A stretch of 63,881 nucleotides of DNA, the filler included, from Octopus bimaculoides (Eukaryota): assembly GCF_001194135.2 (NCBI RefSeq). It is 9 parts of 7 records of this genome, joined end to end, with 100 filler letters (N's around TTAATTAATTAA, not from the genome) between each part and the next. Parts side by side here need not be neighbours in the genome. Positions count along the whole stretch, not along the records: positions 26,208 to 46,009 come from NC_069006.1; positions 46,110 to 48,542 come from NC_068989.1; positions 48,643 to 51,813 come from NC_068992.1; 6 more parts are not named here. One strand, given 5' to 3'. Of the stretch, positions 38,351 to 50,266 are shown one piece after another. Made by a program: the position numbers and the translations under genes. The notes under the pieces are model-generated. The model did no database searches. It was not told where the DNA came from and worked only from the letters and a program-made list of their open reading frames with translations. Within the stretch, counting starts at the first letter, position 1. The number at the start of each line of letters is the position of its first letter.

Positions 38351-41023
38351 AAATTCCTCAATAGAATATTCATCATCTGATCATTAACATGCCTAATAGG
38401 TTCCTTGCATTGAAAAATGCAAAAGGCATGTCTACTAAATATTAAATATTCACATTATAACAATTAATAAATAGTTTGAATGTATAATTTCAGGTTTAAA
38501 TAAATTCTAACGATTATAAAGGTGTCTACTTACTTCTGTCATGTGTGTGTGTGTGTGTATACAGGTTGCATCAGTTTTTTGAGGGCCCTACCGTTCTTCT
38601 TTCTTATTAATTTTAAAATTACTTTACTCATAAATAATGCCAGATATCTGGTTGGGTCAGCAAATCCAAAGGCCAACTATAATAATTGCTTTCAAAGTGC
38701 AGCATGGTGATACAGAGATAGGTTCCTTCCTGAAAGTTGCTCATAGTTATACAGACAAGCACACATACTACATACACACTTATACACACAGACACACATG
38801 CAAACGCAAGAAGGAAATGAAATGAGAGTAAAGATTGACAATATACGAGTATTACCTGACAAGAAGGACTAACAGCAATAATATGATGACTGAAAGGAGG
38901 CCTATAACTAAAGAAGAAAAACATAAAAATAATCAAACAATATTTTATGTATATTTAAATGGCAGCTGATATAATTAATGTAATAATAATTAAGGAAAGA
39001 AAGTTACCATCATTGAAAATTACTAATGTAATGAAAAGGAAATTCATTAACTTTGATAATAGCTGTGAAAATCAAGGGAGACAATTCCTGGATGGAAATT
39101 GATTAAAATTGGAGACATGCTGTAGGAAGTGAATCTGATTATTGGTAGGCATGGAGACAACTCTAGACATGTTTTGGTGTTATAAGACCTTNNNNNNNNN
39201 NNNNNNNNNNNNNNNNNNNNNNNNNNNNNNNNNNNNNNNNNNNNNNNNNNNNNNNNNNNNNNNNNNNNNNNNNNNNNNNNNNNNNNGACAAAGACCTCCA
39301 TTCGGGTGATTTTCCTGAGCCACCCTCTCACCCTTCTATGCCAATCTATGTGACAATGTTACCCATTGACGGCTGAGTGGACTGGAGCAAGATGAAATAA
39401 AGCGTTTTGCTCAAGAACACAATGCACAGCAGCCAGTCTGGGAATTGAAACTACAATCTTGTGATTGTGAGTGCAACACCCTAACCCCTAGCCCACACAC
39501 CTTCACTCTCCCTACTGCATGAAGGTACCATTCAGTTTCTTGAAACAATTTCAGTTTTGAAGTTGTTGCTGTTCTTCTTGATACGGATTATCGTTAATAC
39601 AAATGATTTCTCGTTCCCTCCTGATTGCAAGTTGAACTCTTTACTTCCTGTACTATGACACAGTACAATAAGGAAATGTATGAACCCTGTTTATATTCAT
39701 TTCGAGGGAAGTGAAGAAGTCTTTAATGTAAGGGCAGATAACTCTAATCCCTTCTTCAATCATTCATTTCTCTTCTGTCACAGAATCACTACAACATTGG
39801 TCTTTTGACTTGGTAAATCTTCAATATGATTTTCAGAGTTAATTAAATAAATATTTTGGTGTGGAGGAGTTTAATATTTTAAGCCTTTTAGCCTCACTTA
39901 ACTCTCTGTCTTTCATTCAGACATTCTTGATGCAGTTAATAAAGTGACAGACATGAAATATCTTTCACTAATTTCGCCATTATTTTCAAAATCAATTAAA
40001 ACAAAGATAGAGTATTTGATTAGAAATATAATCACAAAAGGGTTAAAACCATTCAGACATTCTTGGTTCTGTTATTAAACATTCGATTAAATTCAGAGTT
40101 GAGTTTTGACCAAGAAGGATTCAAGAGTCCCACCCTATTACAAGATAATGTTTGTGAGGCATCAGTTGGTATCCCTAAATAACAATCCATGACAGGATCA
40201 GACACTCAGATTTTCAATCCTTCAAATTTAGTGGGTACCCTTCCAATCATACTCAGAGAATATTTACAAAGTTTCTGTCAATTTAACTCACAAAGCATTG
40301 GTTTTACTGGCTGGCCCAGGACTAGAAGAAAAGACACTTGCCAAAAGTGTCATGAAGTGGAATTGAACTCAAAACCTTGTGGTTGCATAAGGAAAAAAAT
40401 TATTAAGAAAAATTATGAGATGATATATGAAGAAAAACAATAATTACCTATTTCCATGATGAGAAATGCTTCATTAGAATTAATTTTCTCTAAAAAGTAA
40501 AGAAGAACTTTAATTAAAAATCAGCAAAAATCTTTCTAATATGCACAAACATTATTATTGATTTGAGAAGACGTATGACTTAAAGGATTGGTTGCTGTTT
40601 AGTTATATATTTAGGAGTTGGTTATAGATTTACTTATTGAATTTATTTACTGATACTGTTGTACATAGGGGAAACATGTTTCTCGTTATGTAATTGATAC
40701 GTTAAAGTTTAATCCTTCCTAGAATTAAGATTAAATGAATGTGGTGATTTCTTATGTATGTTTGTTCTCAAACAACAGTTATTTTAGTGCTGCTGACACC
40801 ACCGGATTGAATGGTACTGGCCAGGTGTTGAAACTATAATGATATCCATGGGGCAGCTGATGATGTACATATGTTGGATTGTTGGTATGGTTGATTTTGT
40901 ATGTGTGGAATAGTATCATAACATCCTTTTCATATATATATATCCATACACACAACAGGTTATTGTTGAAAAACATCATCATCATCATCATTATCATTAT
41001 TATCATCATCACCATTATCATCA

Positions 41024-41458
41024 ACCCTAACAGTTGAGGGAACCCGTGGAAGAGGTAGGCCCAGGAAGACCTGGGCTGAGGTGGTGAGGCAAGACCTTCG
41101 TACATTGGGCCTCACCGAGGCGATGACTACGGACCGAGACCTTTGGAAATGGGCTGTGCGTGAGAAGACCCGGCAAGCCAAGTAAGATCGTTGCCAGTGC
41201 CCCTGGACTGGCTTGTGCGGGTGGCACATAAAAGACACCATTTCGAGCGTGGCCGTTTTCGTGCGGGTGACACGTAAAAGCACCCACTACACTCTCTGAG
41301 TGGTTGGCGTTAGGAAGGGCATCCAGCTGTAGAAACTCTGCCAAATCAGACTGGAGCCTGGTGTTGCCATCCGGTTTCACCAGTCCTCAGTCAAATCGTC
41401 CAACCCATGCTAGCATGGAAAGCGGACGTTAAACGATGATGATGATGATGATGATGAT
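41024..41458 (+). mobile_element. 5'-truncated RTE-clade LINE: ORF C-terminus, 3' UTR and (GAT)n tail
   Basis: TLTVEGTRGRGRPRKTWAEVVRQDLRTLGLTEAMTTDRDLWKWAVREKTRQAK* (stop 41183-41185); lies in an (ATC)n tract. Confidence 0.85.
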
Positions 41459-41534
41459 CGTCATCCTCATCATTTAACATCAGCTTTCCAAGCTGACTCG
41501 GGTTTGATGGTTTCACAATACATATAAATATATG

Positions 41535-41836
41535 TGTATGTGTTTCATATTATTAACAACGTAACATTTGTTTATTTTATTTTAAAACTACTTATTGGCA
41601 TTCAGCAAAATTTCCACAGAAAGATGGCAACAGTCATATGTCCATGGCATGTAAAAAACATGAGGTTTTGCATAAGTATAAACAAACTGCAGCCATTTCC
41701 ATCGCTTTGTGAACTTTCGGTGTTTCAAATTATTAATGAATTGTCTGATTATCGTGTAATTATGGGTCGCAAATGTGACTCAACTACTTCAGAGAAATCT
41801 GTTATTACTTCTGAACTTGCAAAAGGTAAATCAAAA
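41535..41836 (+). mobile_element. 5' end (TIR and transposase start) of a second copy of the DD37E element
   Basis: ATG at 41762, MGRKCDSTTSEKSVITSELAKGKSK, nearly identical to the 37375 start; TIR homologous to 36040-36255. Confidence 0.8.
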
Positions 41837-41936
41837 NNNNNNNNNNNNNNNNNNNNNNNNNNNNNNNNNNNNNNNNNNNNNNNNNNNNNNNNNNNNNNNN
41901 NNNNNNNNNNNNNNNNNNNNNNNNNNNNNNNNNNNN

Positions 41937-42331
41937 ATGCTATGCACCACTTGGGGGTGGATAGGACCCTGTATTTGGCGAAAATGGTTGATGCTGACGT
42001 CACTAGGAGAAACGATAAGAAAGTGGTCGCGAAATGTGACAGATGCCAGTCCATTGACCCCGCCCCGGGTGGGCATGAGCAGGGGAACCTCTCAGTAGAG
42101 TGCAACTGGAGGAGACTGGCTGTGGATGTGACGCACTACCGTCAGGAAATGTATCTCAGAATGGCCAACTGCGGGCCGGGCCGGCTGGCCATTTGGAGGG
42201 AGCTGAGGACAGGCATTGCCGATGAGATTACCCGCATTCTGAACAGGATATTCTTGGAGAGGGGTCCCCTGGAAGCGGTCTACTGGTACAACATGTCTCC
42301 CCGATCTGGACAAGTGGAAGAGTCTGTGCCG
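41937..42331 (+). mobile_element. Gypsy/Ty3 LTR retrotransposon integrase fragment
   Basis: HHLGVDRT..CDRC (zinc-binding domain), WRRLAVDVTHY (first catalytic D), FLERGP; the core appears internally deleted before AVYWYNMSPR. Confidence 0.8.
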
Positions 42332-43824
42332 NNNNNNNNNNNNNNNNNNNNNNNNNNNNNNNNNNNNNNNNNNNNNNNNNNNNNNNNNNNNNNNNNNNNN
42401 NNNNNNNNNNNNNNNNNNNNNNNNNNNNNNNNNNNNNNNNNNNNNNNNNNNNNNNNNNNNNNNNNNNNNNNNNNNNNNNNNNNNNNNNNNNNNNNNNNNN
42501 NNNNNNNNNNNNNNNNNNNNNNNNNNNNNNNNNNNNNNNNNNNNNNNNNNNNNNNNNNNNNNNNNNNNNNNNNNNNNNNNNNNNNNNNNNNNNNNNNNNN
42601 NNNNNNNNNNNNNNNNNNNNNNNNNNNNNNNNNNNNNNNNNNNNNNNNNNNNNNNNNNNNNNNNNNNNNNNNNNNNNNNNNNNNNNNNNNNNNNNNNNNN
42701 NNNNNNNNNNNNNNNNNNNNNNNNNNNNNNNNNNNNNNNNNNNNNNNNNNNNNNNNNNNNNNNNNNNNNNNNNNNNNNNNNNNNNNNNNNNNNNNNNNNN
42801 NNNNNNNNNNNNNNNNNNNNNNNNNNNNNNNNNNNNNNNNNNNNNNNNNNNNNNNNNNNNNNNNNNNNNNNNNNNNNNNNNNNNNNNNNNNNNNNNNNNN
42901 NNNNNNNNNNNNNNNNNNNNNNNNNNNNNNNNNNNNNNNNNNNNNNNNNNNNNNNNNNNNNNNNNNNNNNNNNNNNNNNNNNNNNNNNNNNNNNNNNNNN
43001 NNNNNNNTGATCTTTAAGATCAGGGTGGCGTGTGGTATGACGTCAGTGTCTGGGGAGGCTGACCGGAAGGGCAAGTTGACCGGAAGGGGAAAAAGGGCAG
43101 AGGGGGCCTCGATCGGGATTCGTGCCCTTTTTCGAACGGGGTTGTGGTCAGGACAAGACGTGTTAAGCGACGGTCTACGTTTGGGAGAAGCAGCTGCTAT
43201 TCCTGGTGTACTTTGGGTCGGGGCAAGCTTCAAGGATTGGATACCGCAAGACAGACTCGCAGTCGAGGAAAGGAAAACCGAGGTAAGGCGATTACATCTA
43301 CTTGTACGCACACACCACACATAACAAACACAATAATAGACAGGCCGTCATGCAAACAAAGTGTATGTGTATACAAACATGGATGTATGCAAGAAATACA
43401 GAGCATAGAAAAGAGTCTATAAGGATGTTGAGAGAAAGTCCAGACGCAAGGATGGTAAATACCAGTTCGTATTCAAGGTACACAAAGGTTGAGGTGCTGT
43501 ATCAAGAAGTTGTAGCAGCAAGGCAGAGCCGAGAAAAGATACTGTCGCACGAGAAGCTGAAGTTTCGATGCTGTGGCCGGTTACTTGGTATAGGAGGTCT
43601 TGCAGGTTGTACTCGCTGTTAACCATGGTGAAGCAATTCACAGACTGTGTGGAGAGAACCTGTGCGAGTGCTGTTGGTGGTGTGTACATACAGAAGTTGG
43701 TGTAGACGCTAAGAAGCTGGAGGCGATGTAGATGGAGGTCCTGAATGCTGTTGAATGAAGTGTTGGTTTTCTCCATAAAGCTGCTGTTGTGTCGTCACTG
43801 GAACTGGTTATGTGTTCTGTGGTC

Positions 43825-44000
43825 AGAAGGTCTGACAAACGTGACGGTGAAAAGCTAGCTATTTATAAGATACTCTCGGCTCAAACGGGGTTTCAGAAAA
43901 ACTGTCCCACACGACCTTATCTGAAGGCTGTGATTGGTTGGGTTGCACCCTGGCACGAAATAGATCAGGCGAAAAAAATGCGCCAATACCAACCAATCAG
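43825..44000 (-). promoter_or_regulatory. Candidate TATA + CCAAT promoter facing the minus strand
   Basis: TATAAATA at 43867-43860 (-), Inr-like TCAGAC about 30 nt downstream, CCAAT boxes at 43932-43937, 43983-43987 and 43993-43997; ATG at 43776. Confidence 0.35.
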
Positions 44001-44600
44001 AGTGATGGATACAACAGGGTCCAAAGTGCGGCCGAAGGCTAGCTGTTATCCGCTACGTCCGCACCCATGTACGTATAACAGAGAGAGAGAGAGAAGTACG
44101 CTACACGCCTAACCTCATGTGTGCGCATGCTCACATTCTTGCTAATGCTTGTATCAGCGTGTGTACTCGTGTCATGCTGCTTGCCCGAGGGCGTTTATAC
44201 ATCCATATTGGTTAACGGTTCTTTTCAATACTTTTCTCGATGGATTAAGTATTCGTTTCTCTTTTTGTCTTCTGCAATTTTATTTTTGGTTCTTCTATAT
44301 ATATGAAGAATTTTCCTCCGTCTGGCTGTTTTTCTCTCTACTATTTAGACATTTAGAAAGTTGCATTATGGAACAGTCATTTTAACAAGATTTTTTTTAT
44401 TTATCTATCACCCAACGAGATACGTCTGCACCACCGGATACTCCTGAACCAATTTTTGTGTGTCCCACAAGAGGAATCGATGCGAGATGTGTCGAAACAA
44501 TTGTTGTGATTAATAATATAATCTCGTATATTCCATCTTCTGTCTTTCATTTGTTATTGATATAGATATATATATCTATATATATACATGTATGTATGTG

Positions 44601-44670
<70 letters not shown>

Positions 44671-46009
44671 TACATACATATATGTAAATGAGGTATTAAT
44701 GGAGCATGCAGTTGATATATCGTGGATATAAATAATGGCTGGAATTCTGCTTACGTGTGCACATGTTTATTTATTGTGATTTTTTTTCCATCTGTCTCCT
44801 TTGTTGCTACACTGTTTAATATGGGGGTGAGAATCTGGTGCTCTCGATTTGGATGTTGTTACATATTTACTGTGTCGTCAGATCACTTAGGAAAATTAGA
44901 TGGAAATAAATTCGACCGTATATAGATTTACTCTCAAAGCAAAGTTCCAGTAAATCACAGACTTCGTTCTATTCAGAACATAAAAACGCTTCCCATTATT
45001 CTGCATCTGCTGCCTGTTGTTATTCTGATGGGTCTTCAGTTACTATTTCAGTAGATTGCTTGACCACAGTGGGAGAGACAATGCTTAGATGAAGTGTGTG
45101 TGTGAAGTGGTTGTATTGATAAGCAGCTGTCTTATGTCTACTGAAGAATTTCTTTTAGAATTTTTTCGCCTTTAACATTTTAAATCTTCAACAAATGACT
45201 TCAGGGGCAATGGTAATGTGAAATTGTATGAAGCCTCACTGTGTAAGGTGAGTTGGCATTATAAGCCAAAGTTTGGTATCAAAATATGGCAGCAGAGAAA
45301 GAGTAATATTTTGGCCCCCAAACCATTCTTTGTCTTTAGAAATGTTCTGTTCTAGTTGAGCCTCTCGGATTTCTTCCTGCTGACCTAATAAATTGCAGCT
45401 ATGAATGCAAGTATAAAGTTACAAAACAACATTTTTAAAATATCAAGGAATGACTTGGGATAAAAGAACACTTGAAGTTGGTATTGCTGAAACTTTTTGC
45501 ATCTGCACAATGTGGAAGGAGAACATTGGGCTGAAATTCTAATGTGTAAGTGAACGATATCTCCATTACTTTAAAACCGTTATTTCTGAAACGGTAATTG
45601 GCACCATATCGTAAATTGATCCCCAAAGTTGAAAAAGAAATCTACATCAAATCTCTCTGATGACACATGAATTAAGAAGTGATGATCATGGGATGTGAGT
45701 TTGGACATAGAAAATTGAAGATATTCAAGTTGTAAAGTCATTTCGAAATAAGGATTTCAGTTGGACAGTTGGTTTGTGATTGTATTTCCATGTCAACAGA
45801 ACTGCTGACCGGTCAGTGTTGGTAAGGATCTCCCTAGCATCACTTTTATGGTTTATTTCCCAAAATGTTAATATCACTGTGACCCATTAGACATTTTTTT
45901 TTATTGTTGGTGTTTATTGTGGTGTAGTTCAAAATGTTTGACATTTGCTGGTGTTGAGATGTGTGATCTGAAAGTTGTTGGTGTGAATTAGGCTGTGTTT
46001 GTGGTGGTG

Positions 46010-46109
46010 NNNNNNNNNNNNNNNNNNNNNNNNNNNNNNNNNNNNNNNNNNNNTTAATTAATTAANNNNNNNNNNNNNNNNNNNNNNNNNNNNNNNNNNN
46101 NNNNNNNNN
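46010..46109. other. Artificial scaffold linker
   Basis: TTAATTAATTAA at 46054-46065 with 44 N on each side. Confidence 0.95.
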
Positions 46110-46120
46110 ATATATATATA

Positions 46121-46462
46121 TCTTTTACTTTTCACTTGCTTCAGTCATTAGATTACAACCATACTGGGGCTCTGCTTTGAATACTTAGTCGAATTAATCA
46201 ACCCCAGTGTACTTATTTTTAAAGCCTGGTGCTTACTCTATCTGGCTCTGTTCCTGAACCGCTCAGTTACAGGGACGTAAACATACCAGCACCGGTTGTC
46301 AAACGGTGATGGGGGACACACATACAGACACAAAGACACACATAAAATCCACTCAGAAGGCTTTGGTCGGCCCGAGGCTATAGTAGAAGACACTTGCCCA
46401 AGGTGCCACGCAGTGGGACTGAACCCAGAACCATGAAAAGCAAGCTTTTTACCACAGAGCCA
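46121..46462 (-). mobile_element. SINE family A, internally deleted
   Basis: Matches 8883-9270. Confidence 0.75.
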
Positions 46463-46539
46463 TGTGTTTGTGTGTATGCGTGTGTGTGTGTGCGTGTGTG
46501 TGTGTGCGTGTGTGTGCGCGTGTGTGTGTATTTATAGTG

Positions 46540-46985
46540 AGAAAAGCAGTTGTAATACGAAAAGGTAAAATTTATCATCACTTAAAAGTGGATGTTGTTT
46601 TAGAACACACAATACTGCGATATTTACAATGAGAGTATCTCTGATATTGTTTTGTGGTGCATATGAACACTCTTGTTTACACCGCTAGTAGGACTCACTT
46701 GCCGCCATATCTGCTGCCAGGACTACTATATCACGAGATTTTGGCCTTCTTTTACTTTGTCAATGGTAGATACCTGACTGCTAGAAGTAGCAACAATCGT
46801 TCCGTTAGCAATATACATAGAATCACAGAGCCTAAACTAACAGTGTAAACAAGAATGCCCTTATGTATCACAAAACCATATCAGAGTGTCTCTTATGGTA
46901 AATATCGCATCATTGTGTATTCTAACACAACGTTCAGTTTTAAGTTGTGATAAATTTTACCGTTTGGCATTATCACTGGTTCTGT
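46540..46985. mobile_element. Old MITE-like element with ~130-bp imperfect terminal inverted repeats
   Basis: 46555-46688 is the approximate reverse complement of 46840-46970 (GTGTAAACAAGA..ATATCAGAG..GTAAATATCGCA..GATAAATTTTACC). Confidence 0.65.
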
Positions 46986-47989
46986 TGCTTTAATTATTTA
47001 AAATTTTTATTTTAGTGACACCAGTACCGGATTGAACTCTGTGAATCTATGCACGGACAAGACCCTCTAGGGGTGTAAAGCCCAAACCAACGACTTCTCC
47101 TATTTAATGAATGCTCCTTGTACACCTAATGTTTCTAAATTATTCTAACCATCTTACATTTGGTAATGTCGATTGTGTTTTTCCGAAATGGCCTACCTAC
47201 ATCTCACGTAAGACCGTGGTGTTCTTTAAAGTCTGAAGATTTCTCAGAAATGATCCCAGAGACAGGACATAAAAAGGCGATGAGTGAAAAGACCCTTGGT
47301 AGACCGTGTTTATTATAGGAAATGGCTTCGATAAATAATCGTTTAGCATGACCACCGAAGCTCCTGTAGCAAAAAAATAGAAATAAAAATCCAATGATAC
47401 GAAAACTAACAAAAAAGGTAGAAATTGAAGCTCTATGAATTCCAGAAAGTACAAGTGACATATATTACATATATTGTATGTGATAGTTTACGTTCAGAAT
47501 AGTTTGTTGTAATCATGTACGATATAAGCTTGTGAACAAACAAAACGGAATGAGACGTTCTTTTGAATACGAACAAAACGATCAAGCAAGTACATACGGC
47601 AGTTGTGATTCGTATAACATGTGATCATTACACACTAGACATACTGCTTAAATAAGAATATCTGTCCCTCTCGATGATGAGCACAATATCAGCACCTGGG
47701 TGAGGCCTGTTGCAATACCCAGTTACTTTTCAATAAGGCAACATATCACCATCACAATCGAACCAGCAAGGGGTCTTCTGCGTGATCGCTTATCCCGCTA
47801 GAAATAGCAGGTTAATTTACGTTACTCACGCTCTACGGTCTTTAAGAAACTGCACATGAAACAATTCATTTCGAGAAAACATAGATATGGATATAGCTGG
47901 AAACAAAAGATATGGATATAGCTGGAAACATCCACACTACGCGCACTAGAATTACGTCGAAGACCAGAGTATAGTAGATTTGCAACATA

Positions 47990-48542
47990 ACAATATTACA
48001 ACGTTAACCGAAATGTCGAGAAATGCGATGGAAGTGTGGAAATAGTGCAGGAGAATTCGAGGGCAGGATGGAAGGATTATACAAAAGAGAAGGAGTCGAT
48101 TTGTTTGCGAGAGAGTGAGATCGCACTGATCAGTCATCAATATAACGGCCGTATAGTTCGGGAGTGGGACCAGTGACTCGTGAGAATATTTGGGCATCAG
48201 CATAGCCAACGAATAGGTTCGCATTGTTGGGGCCCATTGTCGTTCCAATGACCACTCTTGAGACCTTTTGGCAGAAATTCCTCACAAACGAGAAGCAGTT
48301 GAGCGAGAGAACAGGGTCGGCCAGAGGAAGAAGAGTCGAGGTGTCAGGTTGGGGGTCTAGGAAGTGTTTGGGTGCAAGAAGTCCTTTGTTGTGTGGGATC
48401 ACCGTATATAGACTCTTGATATCAAGAGTGAAAGAAGTTTAGAGGGGCCAGGAGGGAAGGAGAAAGAGTTGAAGAGACGGAAAGCATGGCTAGTGTCGTT
48501 GATGTGGGAGGGGAGGGAAGCCACTAGGTGGGGGACAAGGAT
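47990..48542 (-). mobile_element. Penelope-like element reverse transcriptase fragment, degenerate
   Basis: LPSHINDT, LDIKSLYTVIPH, VLSLNCFSF, GTTMGPNNANLFVG, PELYGRYIDD, IAFLDISV. Confidence 0.8.
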
Positions 48543-48642
48543 NNNNNNNNNNNNNNNNNNNNNNNNNNNNNNNNNNNNNNNNNNNNTTAATTAATTAANN
48601 NNNNNNNNNNNNNNNNNNNNNNNNNNNNNNNNNNNNNNNNNN
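48543..48642. other. Artificial scaffold linker
   Basis: TTAATTAATTAA at 48587-48598. Confidence 0.95.
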
Positions 48643-48717
48643 GTCTTCTACTATAGCCGCGGGCCGACCAAAGCCTTGTGAGTGGATTTGATAGGCAGAA
48701 AACTGAAAGAAGCCCGT

Positions 48718-48752
<35 letters not shown>

Positions 48753-48764
48753 ACACACACACAT

Positions 48765-48885
48765 AGTTGGAATATACAACAAACAAAAGATGATGACAGG
48801 TGTGTAAACAACAAGCAGGTGTATTAGTTTAACGCTCGTGAAGGTGAGAAAGTCTTTTACCTTTCGAGCCTACGGTCTTCATCAT
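48765..48885 (-). mobile_element. Short pLTR-like unit with a degenerate hammerhead core (sister of 27605-27715)
   Basis: Minus strand ATGATGA AGACCGTAGGCTC GAAAGGTA AAAGACTTTCTCAC..GAGCGTTAAACTAATACACCTGC. Confidence 0.5.
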
Positions 48886-50208
48886 GGCGATGGACACACA
48901 CACACATTTATTTATTTATTTATTTATTTATTTATATTATATGTTAGTATTTATGTGTGTGTGTGTCTTTGTGTCTGTGTTTGTTCCCCAACTATCACTT
49001 GACAACCGACGTTGGTTTCTTTACTTTACTTGAATAACTTGTCCTGTACTTTTCCAGGCTTATAATCTTAAGAATATTACTTTTCATGCTCGCATTTTTC
49101 TATGTAATCCATGATTTTTCCAGGCATTGCTGTTAAGATAATTAATAATGTGTCAATCAATAATTTAGGATTTTACCTTATAAAATACCGGAAGATAATA
49201 TTTCAATTTTTCCATGTAAGTGATGATAATATTTCAATTTTTTTCATGTTTAATTTAGATATATGTTGTGATATTACCCATCCACACCAAATTAATGGCA
49301 GGGATTTTTACCATGTTGTTGGTTGCACCATGGCTCACCAAAAGTGTGTGTGTGTGTACGTGTGTGTGAAAGGTGTTTTATGTATGCAATTTGAATCTGT
49401 GATTTAAAGCCCGAATTCTCCAAGTATATATGAATGTAGGTGGTCACATGTTCTTCTTTTAAAGGTGGGTTGTTGGTGGTACAGAAATTCTATTGCTGGT
49501 GATATACTGCTTTTACTGGAGACCGGACCTTTGGTACAACATCACTGTTGTTCAGATCCTTCTTGATGAGGAATTTATTTTAATCTCAGCAACTTGATAT
49601 GATCCCATTTCTCAGTTTATCAAGTGCACGTGTTGCGTGATTAGACTATATTTTTCTGATTTTCCCAGAGTTAATGTTTCGAAGCCATTTTCATAAGGGT
49701 TACTAAGCCTATTATTTACTATTTTATAATTGTGCTTATGCTGTTTTTCTTTAAATACCAGGTGTACTTAGATAAGGACGTAGCATTTCTTCTCTTAATG
49801 TTTTAGAATGAACTTCTGCTTCGTAAATCTAGTTTTGACACTCCTTGGTTGCAATACTGTCCATCTTGCAATACTGTTGCTTTATAGATGACATAGTTTG
49901 TATTATTTTGAAAGTTAAATAAAATAGTAAATGACGCAACACCAATTAATCACGTCTCAGATAATCTCTGCTTTACATTATTCGGTCATTTTCGCTCTTA
50001 TTCTACCCGATGGGACTATGTTGCAAAATAATCCGCATGATAAAACCACTTACATCTAGATCAAAACTCAATACCTGCACTACTACCATCCCAACATTCC
50101 TTCACAATCATCACCACCTTTATACCTTCACCTCAAACTCCTCCTACTTCTCATTGTCTATGTCGTTGTCCTCCTCCTCCCCCTCCTCCTCCTCTTCCTC
50201 TTCCTCAT

Positions 50209-50266
<58 letters not shown>

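Noticed and set aside
41534-43324. 596-aa ORF
   Set aside because: It is a chimera of a Tc1 TIR/start, two N gaps, a Gypsy integrase piece and unrelated sequence.
44461-44505. Hammerhead-like GAAAC-AATT-GTT with palindromic helix III
   Set aside because: The upstream CUGANGA core is not recognisable (CCACAAGA); at best a decayed relic.
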